This document shows, piece by piece, positions 29,001 to 41,314 of a DNA stretch of 64,000 bases; the first letter of the stretch is position 1, and every line of letters starts with the position of its first letter. The notes under the pieces are model-generated. The model ran no database searches and had not been told where the DNA came from. It was given only the letters and a program-made list of their open reading frames with translations. This DNA is from the human T2T-CHM13v2.0 reference genome, Homo sapiens: the NCBI RefSeq assembly GCF_009914755.1, contig NC_060925.1, one strand, 5' to 3'. Position numbers and translations under genes: made by a program.

Positions 29001-29330
29001 TGTGGCCTCTTAAAGATAAAACCTACAACCCAATAAAAGTCATGCTGTAACGATTGCAAAAAGACCATTGTATGAGACCCAGTTTTGGATTATCATAGGC
29101 GAAGAAGTCAGACATATATGGTTGTATGTACATGTGTATAGTATGTGGGTGGGGGTAGATACATACCTGTTCATCTGTATACGTATGTGTGTGTTTAATA
29201 TATACTTTAGTTTGCCTTTACCCAGATGTCTCCTCCTCTCTCTGCCTCTGGAAATGGGGCAAATTTTTCTTCAGTTAAAAACAGAAATAGAAGCGACGGT
29301 TTTGACCCATTTTACACCTATTTATTTCAG

Positions 29331-29402
29331 GCTTTCACCACACACTTGTTCATGGGCGCAGCAAAGAAGAGGGATCCACAGAGCTGGAGCCATGAGGGCT
29401 GA
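29331..29402 (+). CDS. CAMTA1: Coding part of CAMTA1 alternative last exon B (AFTTHLFMGAAKKRDPQSWSHEG*; ~101-aa isoform)
   Basis: Branch-like tttgac (A29305), acceptor tatttatttcag|; 23 codons plus TGA matching the recalled isoform C-terminus except residue 2. Confidence 0.85.
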   Translation, partial: AFTTHLFMGAAKKRDPQSWSHEG

Positions 29403-29551
29403 CACATTGGAATGAAAGCTGGCAGAATTCGTAGGGAGAGCTTTCCCATCCTGCCAGCCCCATGTCTGGCTTTAAGACAGTTCTATTAGTGAATTAACTG
29501 TTCTCAAAACCCCAAATTAATTTGAACCGAATGTTACTAAAAATGAAATAG

Positions 29552-29557
29552 AATAAA
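29552..29557 (+). terminator. Proximal poly(A) signal of exon B
   Basis: AATAAA 150 nt after the stop codon. Confidence 0.55.
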
Positions 29558-29769
29558 GTGACCTACTCTTGCCTCATCCGGAGTTATTATGAAGGAGCTC
29601 CGCAGCCTGACTGAGCTCTGGAGAGCAGGGCTCTGTGCACACGCCTCCTGGTCCAGAGGCCTCCGTGACCATCCATGATGCCACTCTGTCCCCTCAGCAA
29701 GCTGCCTTTTTCTTCCTAGCACCTGCCCCAGCGGTGGTATGTTTTCCAGTCAGTTACCACCTGTCTCAT

Positions 29770-29880
29770 CAGAATGGAAGCTCCATGAGAGCAGGGCCTT
29801 TGTCTTGTCCCCTTGTATCTCCAGTGCATAGGACAGTGCTGACACAGTGCAGAGTCTAAATAAACGCTGTTGAACGAATG
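29770..29880 (+). mobile_element. L2 3' end supplying distal AATAAA (29859-29864)
   Basis: agctccatgagagcagggcc..gtatctccagtgcataggacagtgctgacacag..aataaacgctgttgaacgaatg. Confidence 0.85.
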
Positions 29881-31736
29881 TGTGGGTCACTTGCGTCGCA
29901 TCCTTTCTGAATGTTTTTCCTTTAACTTGCCATTTATAAATACCTTTTCCAATGATAAAGCAGTGAAAGTTTGGAAAGAAGCATAAAGCTTTTGTTGTGA
30001 TTGAAGTAACTGGAAGCCTAGTTCAGGGTGCTGTGAGAAGCTGGAGCATATCAGGACTTTGGAATTATGAATTACAGACTTACTATATGTGATGGTATCG
30101 GTGCCTCCTGAAGAAGTAGAAGACAGAGATGCATAGAAACATGAGTCATGTCTCTGGAATACTGTAATATCGACATCTAGTGAGAGTCTAGAAAGAAACA
30201 TGGAGAAATAAAAGGGAGGCAGGAAACAGGCAAATACTTAGTGGTTCTCAGTTATTTAAGGTAAATTTTGGCATCGAGTAAACAAGATAAATCAAAATAT
30301 TTTCTAGATCAAGTAGGCATTAACAAAGATATAGAGGAAACTTGGAGGCGATTACTTAGATAATACTAACAGAAGTACTTTTGTTCCAGATACCTCCACA
30401 GATGCCATGGTTACCCCGTCTTTATTCGTTGTGTGTTGGCATAGGCCAGAATACCAATATTGTTCTTAAAAACCTTTGAGGAAGTTTTTCTTTTTTTCTT
30501 TCTTTTTTTTTTTTAAGCAAAGAACAGAAACAAAACCAAGGAGACAGTATCCTGTGATGTAGGCTGTTACCTCAAGGTGAGTTTATTTGTAGCACTAACT
30601 TGTAACGAATTGTTTAAAGAACTGAAACTTCTTTTTAGGTATAGCTTATTTGTCAGATTTTGTTCATTTCAGTGTAAACTTCAGTTATTTATTACACACT
30701 GAGGGAAATCAACTAAAATCAGGAAAACCAATGTCCAATTGAACTTGAGTTTTATTTTGCATAGAGAAGTAACCAATATTTCTGATCAAACCATTAAAGC
30801 TGTTTCAGTTCCTTTTAAATAAAAGCAAAGGCTAAATTTTTTACATACCACAAAGCAAAATAAAACGAAAAAACCTTTGGTCATGATGCATTTTTTATTC
30901 AACTGATTGCTGAATTATTTTGATTATATAATCTTACACTCTTATGAAAGTATAACAAGTATGAATTTTCTGAGGTGAAGAAATAAATGTAGAAAGCAGT
31001 TAATGAGGCAGAACTCACAAATCTGTATTTATAGTTTCATGGCAAATAAATCATAAGCAGAGGATACAGATGTAAAGAAAAATTCTTGATTGCATTCAAG
31101 AAATGCAAGGTCGAACTAACTTTTTACTGAAATGGAATTGTATCGCTGCTCAGAGGGATGTGGGGAGTAAAGTAAGTGGGATGTGCTTAGAACAGCAAGC
31201 TAGGCCGCAGTGCGCACTCGTCAGTGTCTGCTGCTTGTCTTACGAGGATTCTAGCACAGAAGATTAAATCATGTTTTAATCATGCTTAATAAATGGTACT
31301 GTAGTTTTATTATGGTTAATGTCCACTTGTAATTCAATGAAGAGTGGCTTTTTAAAGCAAAGGAGAAATCAGCATGTTTTTCTTGGCGCTCTTATATTGT
31401 GTGTGTGTAGAAGATGCTGGGATGGGTTATCCATACGACAACCCCTGTGACCAGAGATGCAGGAGCACATGCATCACTCTTAGTTTTATTTTATTTGTTT
31501 TATATGTTATTTTCATAAATCTGAAGGTTTGATCAGCTTACTGTTTTTAGTATTTTCTGCTGCTGCATGTGTGTACCTTTAAGTTTTGTAGAATTAAATT
31601 GAAAATTTTGACCAGCAAATGCTTAAAGCCACTGTCAAAATTACATAGTTAGCACTTCATTGATTTGAAGGCTAGTTTTCATTCAACATTCCTGCAGTTT
31701 GTGTGTGACCTGATTTTAAAGAGCAGTTCCATGAGT

Positions 31737-31755
31737 TAGTGCCCTCTGGTGGCAC
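31737..31755 (-). promoter_or_regulatory. Strong CTCF motif (reverse orientation)
   Basis: Reverse complement GTGCCACCAGAGGGCACTA fits CCASYAGRKGGCRS with no mismatch. Confidence 0.75.
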
Positions 31756-32240
31756 ACAGAGGACGTCAGGCAGAGAGGGACTCTGACCCAGGAGCCTTCC
31801 GGAGGCTCTGCTGAAGAGAAGCCAGTTTATGACTGGCCCTGTAATTTCATATTTTTTCATGTGTTCAGTGCTCGTCAGTTTCCTACTCCATTAAGCCATG
31901 GCCCTGGCATTGACTCAGTACCAGCTTTATAGCAAGTCTTCAGCAGCTTAGGTTGTGAGGGAATTTCCAGGTGGACTTGATATAAGAAGGGATTACCAAT
32001 GTTGAGATTTCCCATGAGGAACCAGGACATCCATTTTTGGATGCATCTCTTAGCTCCTTTTGAAGAGCAGACCATGTCACTTCCTGGGTTAAGGAAGGAA
32101 GGCTCCCTGATGGCCTTTGAGTGACTGACTGGCACAGCTTGGGGTGGGCCTTCAGTGGGTTAGTCTTTGATAGGCCTTTGTTTCCCATTTTGGTCTTCCC
32201 TGGAGGGCAGCCCACCTTGCCCACTTAGGCTCTTGGACAG

Positions 32241-32548
32241 TTTTCTTTTTTTTTTTTTGTTGAGGTGAAGTCTCACTCTATTGCCCAGGCTGGAGGGAGT
32301 GCAGTGGTATGATCACAGCTTATTGCAGCCTTGACCTCCTGAGCTCAAGTGATCCTCCTGCCTTAGCCTCCTGAGTAGCTAGGACCACAGGTGGGGGCCA
32401 CCATGCCCAGCTGATTTCTTAATTTTTCTGTGGAGTCGAGGTCTTGCTATTTTGCCCAGGCTGGTCTTGGAACTCTTGGCCTCAAGCAGTTTTCCTGCTT
32501 TCCTCCCCAAATGCTAGGATTATAGGTGATGAGCCACCCTGCCCAGCC
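32241..32548 (-). mobile_element. AluJ
   Basis: Antisense Alu with J-type cagccttgacctcctgagctcaag. Confidence 0.92.
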
Positions 32549-33529
32549 TGCTTGGCCAGATTCTGTACTCTTTAGGCAGACCAAAAACTGAATCCTGTCA
32601 TCACTCTGAAAAGTTGTGGGACCTCAAGAAAGTCACTCTTTCATGAGTTTCTTTAGCTGTGAAATAGTCACAGATTCTAAGCTGTCTTTTGAACCTGTGT
32701 CAAGAGAGAGTTGTGAGGATGATGTGAGATGATGTGTCTGAGAGTCCTGACACATTGACCTATGCAGACTGCTGCTAAAGACATTTCTCTTTCCTTCCTC
32801 AAAGGCAAGCCTCCCCACCTTGATTAGAAGGTCATTAAAAAGGAACTTCATTTGACAATAATCCCATATTTATAATGAAGTTGCTAAGATAGTTTGGAGT
32901 GCCCATAGATCCCTTACCTGGTTTCTTGTGCAATCCCCACTTTTATACTGTTGAGTTTCCCTGATGAGTTTTCATATATATAATCTCTGTGAACTTGGAT
33001 CAAATTTGGCTTAAATGCCTATTTACCACTTTGCTAAGACAGAAATGTTTGCGCTCAGTCCCTGAATTCCATTGTAGATGTGTTGGCATTTGCTTCCAAA
33101 CCATCCTTCTGGTTTTAGCTTGCCCTGTGTCTGTGGTCATTTGACATTAGAATAGCCTTCTGTGATCTTCCGGGATCTTAACACCTAAATATTTTCCCTG
33201 CTTGTACAGCTAATGAGTTGTGCAGCCTAAGGAAACATGGGGTAGTCAGTTTTCATCAGTATTTCAACTAGGCATTTTTGCCATCTCATAGCTACTTCTC
33301 AAGCAATTACAATTTAAGTCAAGGTAGTAGCACCTGCATCTTCAAAAAACAAAACAAAAAGTTTTTTATCTTCAGAAATAAGGAAAGAAGCTTATTGGAC
33401 TTCCCAATAGAAAGTCCACCAGCCAATTTTAATACATAAATAATCTATGATTAGCATTAGTATATGAAAAAAATAGTAGCAGCTCAGATTTTATGTACTT
33501 CTGTAGTTTAAGAAAGTGATGCCACAGAC

Positions 33530-33680
33530 AACATCTCATTTGGTTTCTTAGCAACCCTGAAAGACCAGCAAGGAGAGCTTCGTCCCTCCCTTTTCATGAA
33601 CCTGAATGTTGTAAGGGAGGCCAAGGAGTGGCCTGGTGAGACTGCACAGCCAGAGTTAGAGCCCAGGTCCACGTGAGTCA
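33530..33680 (-). mobile_element. MIR fragment
   Basis: catctcatttggtttcttagcaaccctgaa..gccagagttagagcccaggtc. Confidence 0.55.
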
Positions 33681-34675
33681 TTGTACAGACACATCCTGAG
33701 CACCAGCCCACACACTTCTGCCATCAGGAGGCTTTGAAACTGCTGTGGTTCCCCTCTTAAAATGGCTAACCTCTACTTCAGCAACCTTATTTATGCATTC
33801 ATATACATAATCATTCTTTAAAGTCTAGTAGACAATTTTCACATTTTGTTTCAGCCCAGATCTTTACTAAATTTTGTGAGATCAGCATTGTTGGGCTTGA
33901 ATTAACCAAACTTCGCCATACTGTGCCTTCAGAAATCCCAGACTGGGCGGGTTGTGAGTTCATCTCATCCTCTTCCTGACATTGACACTACCAGCACCAT
34001 CAGCAGGCTCTGGGATAACTGCGGCCCCCTCTGAGAGGCTACATCTTGTTTGCGATCTGTGGGTTACATATTGTGCTAGAGATAAACCTTGACAGTAGAG
34101 ACGTGTGACATATTTTTTACAAGAGTCACTGAGATACTTGAATGAGAAGATGATGTAGTTTGAAAAAGTGATAAATGGGCCAGGTTCTTGAGAAACTAGC
34201 AGAATGTCTTATTGAAACCTTGGGATCCAATCTGAAAACAGAAATGAGTCTTCCAAGCAAATTTTTTTCTTTTCTTTTTTTTTTTTTTTTTGCAAATGTG
34301 GTGGGGGTAGATGCTTTTATATAAATTCTATACCTGTTTCTGTGGTATAAAAATCAAATTTTGTCCTCTTTTGCCTCGGTTGGTTGGTTTCATTTTCAAC
34401 TAGGTCTCCGTTTCTAACAGCATCTCAGGTAACTTTTCTGAAAAATGTGGGTTCAGAGGAGCCCATGTGCTGGTGGCTGTAGTGGCAGCTAGTTCTAGAC
34501 TATGAGATCTCAGTGACCACTTTGGTGGGTGTTTTGTTTTAAATCAACAATAGAGGTGAATCTGTACTACAAAGTAAAATGTATGAGTAGATAGGTTTTC
34601 ATGTTTTGAAGTTTTTTATCTTCAGAAATAAAGAAACAGCCTCATTAAAGAACTGTTAAAAAAAAAAAGAGCTGT

Positions 34676-34966
34676 GGCCGGGCGCGGTGGCTCACGCCTG
34701 TAATCCCAGCACTTTTGGGAGGCCGAGGCGGGCGGATCACGAGGTCAGGAGTTCGAGACCAGCCTGGCCAACATGGTGAAGCCCTCATCTCTACTAAAAA
34801 TGCAAAAAATTAGCCGGGCATGGTGGCGTGCCTGTAATCCCAGCTACTCAGGAGGCTGAGGCAGGAGGTGGAGGTTGCAGTCAGCCGAGATCGCGTCATT
34901 GCACTCCAGCCTGGGCGACAGAGCAAGACTCCATCTCGAGGAAAAAAAGAAAAGAAGAAAAAAAAA
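34676..34966 (+). mobile_element. AluSg-like with ~19-bp deletion
   Basis: ggatcacgaggtcaggagttcgag; gaggcaggag|gtggagg junction; TSD ending agctgt. Confidence 0.95.
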
Positions 34967-36919
34967 GCTGTTTGTCTGTTCTAGCCTGGCACCTATGAGT
35001 TCTGGAGCAGCACCCAAAGCCAGTTCCTGCTGGCTTTCCTAGGAGCCTCTTTGGCGTGGGTGGGCGAGCTGCTCCCTTGCAGCAGTTTCAGATGTCACTT
35101 GAGAAAAATATTTGTTGTTGTTTGGTTGCCCTCTTCAGTTGTGATGCTTTTAGGAAGTTAGGAAACAGATGAGACAGTCTGGCTGGAATAAGAGGGTGGG
35201 TAACCACTGATCTGAGATCATCCCTGTTGATTAGGTTTGCAGAATTCTAAATGGAGATTGTAGCTTCACATGCGCACTGAGGGGGTTGTGCATTTTCATA
35301 GGCTTATGTTCCATCGGGCTTCTGCATGATCTTGGAAGAGAGAGACTAGGTGTGGTTCTTGGCTCTGTTGGCTGGTGGGTTTAGCTGTGGATCACTTAAG
35401 AGACCCATAATCCTTGCTTTTGTACCGTTCTGTATTCCGTTTGTCAGGCTGCGAGGGAAGGGGGTTTGTGCTAATTTGTATCTTACTGACCCTGACTGGA
35501 AAAGAGATTAAGATTTTGGTTGTATAATTAACATAAATGACCAAAAATATCAAGCCCACTCCTCACACAGGTGACCCAGGCATCCAAATATTTACTCCAA
35601 TGATTAGTGTCTTTCAGCTGTAGATGGGCACTTCTTTCCTTTCCTTTCTCCTCTCTCTTTTCTTTACCCACCAGATAGATTCACACTGAAAGATTAAAAC
35701 AGGCTGTGGGATTTAAATGCTGAAAATGAAGATTGATGCTTTCAGGTGCCTTGTGGCAAGCACAATTAAGTGAACGGAGAACTGGGGCAATTGTTTATTT
35801 GAAGGTTGGTGTGACATATGAATGAACTTATTTTTTCAGTACCCAGTACCCATCTACCCGGAACTGAAATAGGCATTTGGAGTAGGTTTTGCATTTTAGG
35901 TTCAATTTTAAGAACCAGCCATTCACTGTGAAAGCGAAGTTGCTGGGAAGTTTGTTTTAAGGATGATGCCACCCTCTATTTCTGTGAACCCAGTAAAAAT
36001 AGCATGGAATAAAATTTAATTATGCTATACTGAATATTTCATGTGGAATTAAGGGGCAAAAGCTGCCTTTAAAAAGCATTAGGTTTGGAAAGAATAAAGG
36101 CTTTGTAGGTTCTTTGGAAGATACTATAATTAAAAGATTTGCTCAAATGTATTTTTCCCTTTTTGAAGAATTTAAAGAAATCCATCCCTCCCTTCCTAAA
36201 TTGATTACCTCTCAAGCGTCAGCCCTTCTTGGCAGTAAATACGGTGAAGCTGCCGCTGTGCTGATTTGACGGCTTCTTTCTGTTAAATGTAAAATAGTTT
36301 TTTAATCTTCTGATTTAGATGTTTAATAGAAAGTAAACGTTTGACTTGCTTTGGTTTCTGCTGAACCTGTATTTAAATCCACACAAACAGTTTGAATAAA
36401 GTGAAAACATCACTGGACTAGCTATTTTAAACATTTCAGGATATAAGAATGCTAAATGGGGGTTCCTTTTAAAAATAGAAATGGCGGCTTGCATTTACAT
36501 AATTACTGCTAACTAGCACAACATTTTAAATGGTGACAAACTCAGGGTAGAAAAAGTATCTGTTTTAAAAGCCTGGTAAAAGGAAGCAGAAAATGCTCTG
36601 TGAGCAGCTGCTTCAGATGGAGGGTCTTTGCAAAGCCGGGAGACCAAGACTTTTCAGTAGGGAGGGCGAGGTCAAGGGAGGAGGCAAGAGGTAGCTCAGG
36701 CAAACTACTTACAGGCCCTGAGCCTGTGTGTGGGCCTGAACTCACCCACCTTTCATTTTGGAGCATGATTGTCTAAGTATTAACACTTAAATCTGCCTTG
36801 GTGTCTGTCCGGACAGGGTGCAGTGTTCTCTGTCCGCTGTTAAAAGGTGTCAGGTGAGGGTTGAAGTTCAAAGTTGGTGAAAGAGCATGGAAGAATATTT
36901 ATGAACATGAAGGCTGAGA

Positions 36920-37700
36920 TTCACTTAACACAAACTCATCAGTAGTTCAAGCCAGAATCTCAGGCCTGTCCTTGATTCTGCCCTTTTTTCCCCATCCCAG
37001 ACACCCATCTTTCTCCTTCCAAAATACATCCATCTTTGCACATCTCTGCTAGTACCACCCTAGTCCAAGCCACCTTCTTTTCTTTGCCTGGAGATCTGTC
37101 ACATTTTCCTGTGTGGACTTCATGTCTCCAGTTTGCTCCCCTTGGAATAGATTCCCCATGCACTAGCCAGGGCAATCTATGAAGAATGTAAATAGGATTC
37201 GTTCACTAGCTTAAACCCTACAGTGACTTTCTATCCATTTGGAGTCCGGTCAGCATGAATAATCTGGCCTCTGCCTCTCCATTTCCTACCAGGTGCCTCT
37301 TCCCTCTAAGCACCCTTCCCATACGGGGAATCCATCAAACATGATTCTTTTTTGCATTCGCTGTTTTCTCTACCTAAAATTATTTCCTCTCCTCCCCATC
37401 TTTGTTTGCTGGCTCCTTTGTGTCATTCAGGGCTCACCTCAAATGTTATATCCTCAGAGAGACCCTCCCCCGATAGCCTGATGACAGGTGATAGTCCCCT
37501 GTCACTCTGTCATGTGGCAGTGTGGTTTTTTTCGTAGCATTTATTACTGTCTGAAATTGTCTCTTCTTTTTCTTTTTGTCCTCAGCTCTTCCCCATCCTA
37601 TTAGCTCTTTTAGGGCAGGGGGCCCTGTCTATCTCCTTTTCAGCTATGTTCTGAGTAGTTAGATGTACCTGCAAGTGCCTAGGTATCCATTGATTAAATC
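36920..37700 (+). mobile_element. L2 fragment
   Basis: agttcaagccagaatctcagg..ccctagtccaagccacc..ctcaaatgttatatcctcagagagaccctcc..tagggcagggggccctgtct. Confidence 0.75.
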
Positions 37701-38322
37701 AGTGCAGGAGCGGAACCCTGCAGATCACTAATGCCCAAGAAGAGCTCCCACTTGGTGGAACTAGCTGCCTAGAAGCTGCTCCTCAAATTCTTGCCCACAT
37801 TTTTTTTGAACCGTCTGGGAAAAAAACTGCTCTAAACTTTGCCTTTTAGGGTTGAAAATTGAAATTTGGGGATTCACAGAATGCTTGTACTTAAACAGAA
37901 TCAGCCTGTGTCCCTAGAAGGACATGAAATTCCCCTAGTTCACCCCAAATGAGATGAAAATATAATTTCCTAGCATTCTTGGTCCATAGTAGGAGTTCAC
38001 CAGTGGCGATCTGCCTCTGTGTCCTTCCTGGGGCAGTGGGATGGCACTGCTTGCCTTTGCTGAAGACTGAATTTGAATTCCCTCAGATCCAGCCTTCGGA
38101 GCCAGATAGCATTTTCTGTGATTTCTCCTGTGGCGTGTCTGGCCGGGATGCTTTCTGTGTTGAATGTTCATTTTGGGGTTAGGTAGCAAATCTGTTAAGA
38201 TAGAGATATTTGCGGAAATCTAAACTTTGGTCAGCCACTTTTCGTTTCATTAGTTTTCCACCTGGCAACATCCAAGCGTTCAGGAGGAAAACATGGTAAT
38301 GGCTACTGATACCTAGGCAGTT

Positions 38323-38417
38323 GTGATTCCTTCCCTAAAGAAGCTGATGCAGAGGGTTCAATTAACTACTTCTGAGGAACCCTTTGCATCAGCTTCCTTA
38401 GGGAAGAAAAGAATCAC
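38323..38417. repeat. Near-perfect inverted repeat / hairpin (30-bp stem + 7-bp basal stem, 17-nt loop)
   Basis: 38330-38359 pairs with 38377-38406 (one A.C, one G.U); gtgattc pairs with gaatcac across an A4 bulge. Confidence 0.95.
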
Positions 38418-39982
38418 GTTTCCAACTCACTGAGTCTCAAATGTATTATGCCACTCCAAGCTGTTTGTTGAAGTATTTACTTTGGTCTTGAATATACTCG
38501 TTGGGGACTGGATTGTAGAACTCAGGAGACCCATCTGCTTGGCAGAAGCTCCCCTGTGCAACTTTTCATTCTTGTTGCTGTCTTTATCAGGGCATTATTA
38601 CAGTGATTGGGTTGTGCAAGGAGAAACAGTAACTTCCCAGTTAATTTATAGTGAAATGGACCTTTTTAGAACTGAGACCTAGAGATAAAGCCATGGAGCT
38701 GGAGGATTTCAGTTGCTTTTGAGTGAGCATCAATTCATTAGACTAGTTTTAAGAGAACCTCTCCCTTCTCATGTTTGACCAGAGCTGAAGATGCCTCGAC
38801 TCTGCCTGGTTCCCCACTTGCCTGAGTAGAGAACAGGTTCAGGTAGGAGGGAACAAACAGGTTGAGCACAGGCAGAGTCAGGAAAGGGCCTGGCCTGTTC
38901 AGGATCAAGATGTGTGAAATGAAGGTGGGAAGATGGGGGTGGAAAATGGGTTTTGACCAACATATGGATGGTCTTGTGTGCAAGAAGCATGTAAGCACAG
39001 CAGATTGTGTTCCCATGGTGACAAGCTGCTGAGCCACTGTGTGTTTAGGGTCAGTGTGGGGCGGGGAGTAGTGTTGGAAGTCCATGTCAGTCATTGGTTT
39101 CCTAGTTAGTGCAAACTCAATAAGCCTGTATTTACTGGAAGCCATTTTTCTCATAAGATTAACACTATGAGAAACCATCTACTGTATATACACCCCCAGA
39201 TTGTATATCGCTTTTCTGATTTGACTTTTTGGCTGATTGCTTTTGAAGTTAATGTGGTTTAGTCAACTGAATGTTCTAAACATCTCCCTTTACCTACCTG
39301 GTCGGTACTCCTGGTGAGTTTTTGAAAGGCAGTGTCTTTCCCACAGAGATTAATTAGAAGTTAGTGTGTGCAGTACACTTGACCCTATGTTTGACACACA
39401 TTCAGTATATGGTGGTGATTATTTGTTTGAAAATGAAACAGAGCTCTCTGATGGAACCTGAAGAAGTGGGATTGGCACTTCTAGATGGATATATGGGTTG
39501 TGTTTAACTGCTTTGAATGTTAGTAAGGGAAAAGTATCCACTTACTATTGTTCATTTCTTTTTTCCCAGCCTTAAGAGCCAAAATGATTTTCTGCCCACA
39601 AACGTCTTGGTTTTCTTTTTCTAGCCTGTCTTTTCATGGCTAAGATATTTGCAGAAATTTCTGGCTAGCCACCAGTCCATAACTTTTTCTCTTCTTTGCA
39701 GACACTGTGTTTAGTGGTATCTGAAAAACCCTACGAATCCAAAGTTGTTTACCCTACGAAAGTTGAGATTCCAGTTCATTTGCTAACCTGCAGTTTCTTA
39801 TTTCTTGTCTTGGTACTTCAGTTGGCTCATTAAATATTTCTTAAAATTGGTTGAGGAGCTTAAATATTTGTTAAAATTGTAATGTGTCCTGATTTAGAGG
39901 AAACTAATTATTATGTACATCTTACTAGATCCATCTGTTGCCCATTCCTCAGATACAGTGATAGAAGGAGAGAGAAATTCTG

Positions 39983-40284
<302 letters not shown>

Positions 40285-41250
40285 AAGGAGATAGAAATTC
40301 TGTCTCCAGGCAGATAAGTTATAGTTCATAGAGTGTGAGAGAATGGGCTCATAATGGAACAGTTATCCTGGGTGGAGTTGGTGCTTCGTGATGGTACAGA
40401 TGCTTTCCAGGGATATGCTCAGGAAAGATACTGGAAAGAGATTTTCCTAAGTCTCATCTCAAATGAGCTTTGCTTTGCTTCAACTGGCCTAACTCAGCAG
40501 GCCCAGCTAGCCTGATACCAAGAAGGACCTCCAGCCTCTTGTTGCCTAGCCGACCTCCAAACAGGTAGCTGGCCAACATGGGGCCCCCTGGTTTGTTTTA
40601 TTTTGTTTGATTTTTTTTTTTCTTTAAATGGAATAGATGATCTAGACGTAGCACCAAGGTGCCCCTGTCTTCCATCACCTTCATGTACCTGAGTACCCAC
40701 AAGCTCGCCTGTGGATCTGTAGGAAAACCAGGTAAGTCTCTAGGATCTGTGAGGTCATCGGTACCGTGGATGCTTCTTCAGGGTGGGGAGGGTTTGCTGC
40801 CATTGATAGCCCTGCACCATCATGGAAGCGTGCCCAGTCTGTTTCCCCATCTTTGATGCACTGTGGATGATAAATAATCATCACTGCTGTGTGATGGCTG
40901 AGAGGGATTCCAGCCAGTGTGTGCTAGGTTATAGTGTTTTCCTGATGGATGGAGCCTATTCTGGGAAGCAGCTTATTGTCTCACGTGAACAGGCTTTCTA
41001 AAATAAATGACTGCTTTCTTAATATTTTGAATCCTTTTCTTCAGCACATGTTTTGTTGCCGTGGTTTGAAAGCTTGCCAAATATATGCCTTTGCACAACT
41101 CCCTGTAGGGCTGGGTATACAATCAGACCAAACAGTGTGATTTAAGTTTGAGCATAATTGGGAATTCAGCAATCACTTGCCTTGCATTTGATGGAATGGC
41201 AGTGGAGTGCTTGAGAGTTACTTCGCTGTTAAAAAATTATATGTGTATAA

Positions 41251-41258
41251 CGCGCGCG

Positions 41259-41310
<52 letters not shown>
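41251..41310 (+). repeat. (CG)8(CA)22 compound microsatellite
   Basis: Seen directly. Confidence 0.97.

Positions 41311-41314
<4 letters not shown>

Noticed and set aside
29068-29415. 115-aa ORF overlapping exon B
   Set aside because: Reads through intron and uses a different frame from the spliced CAMTA1 frame
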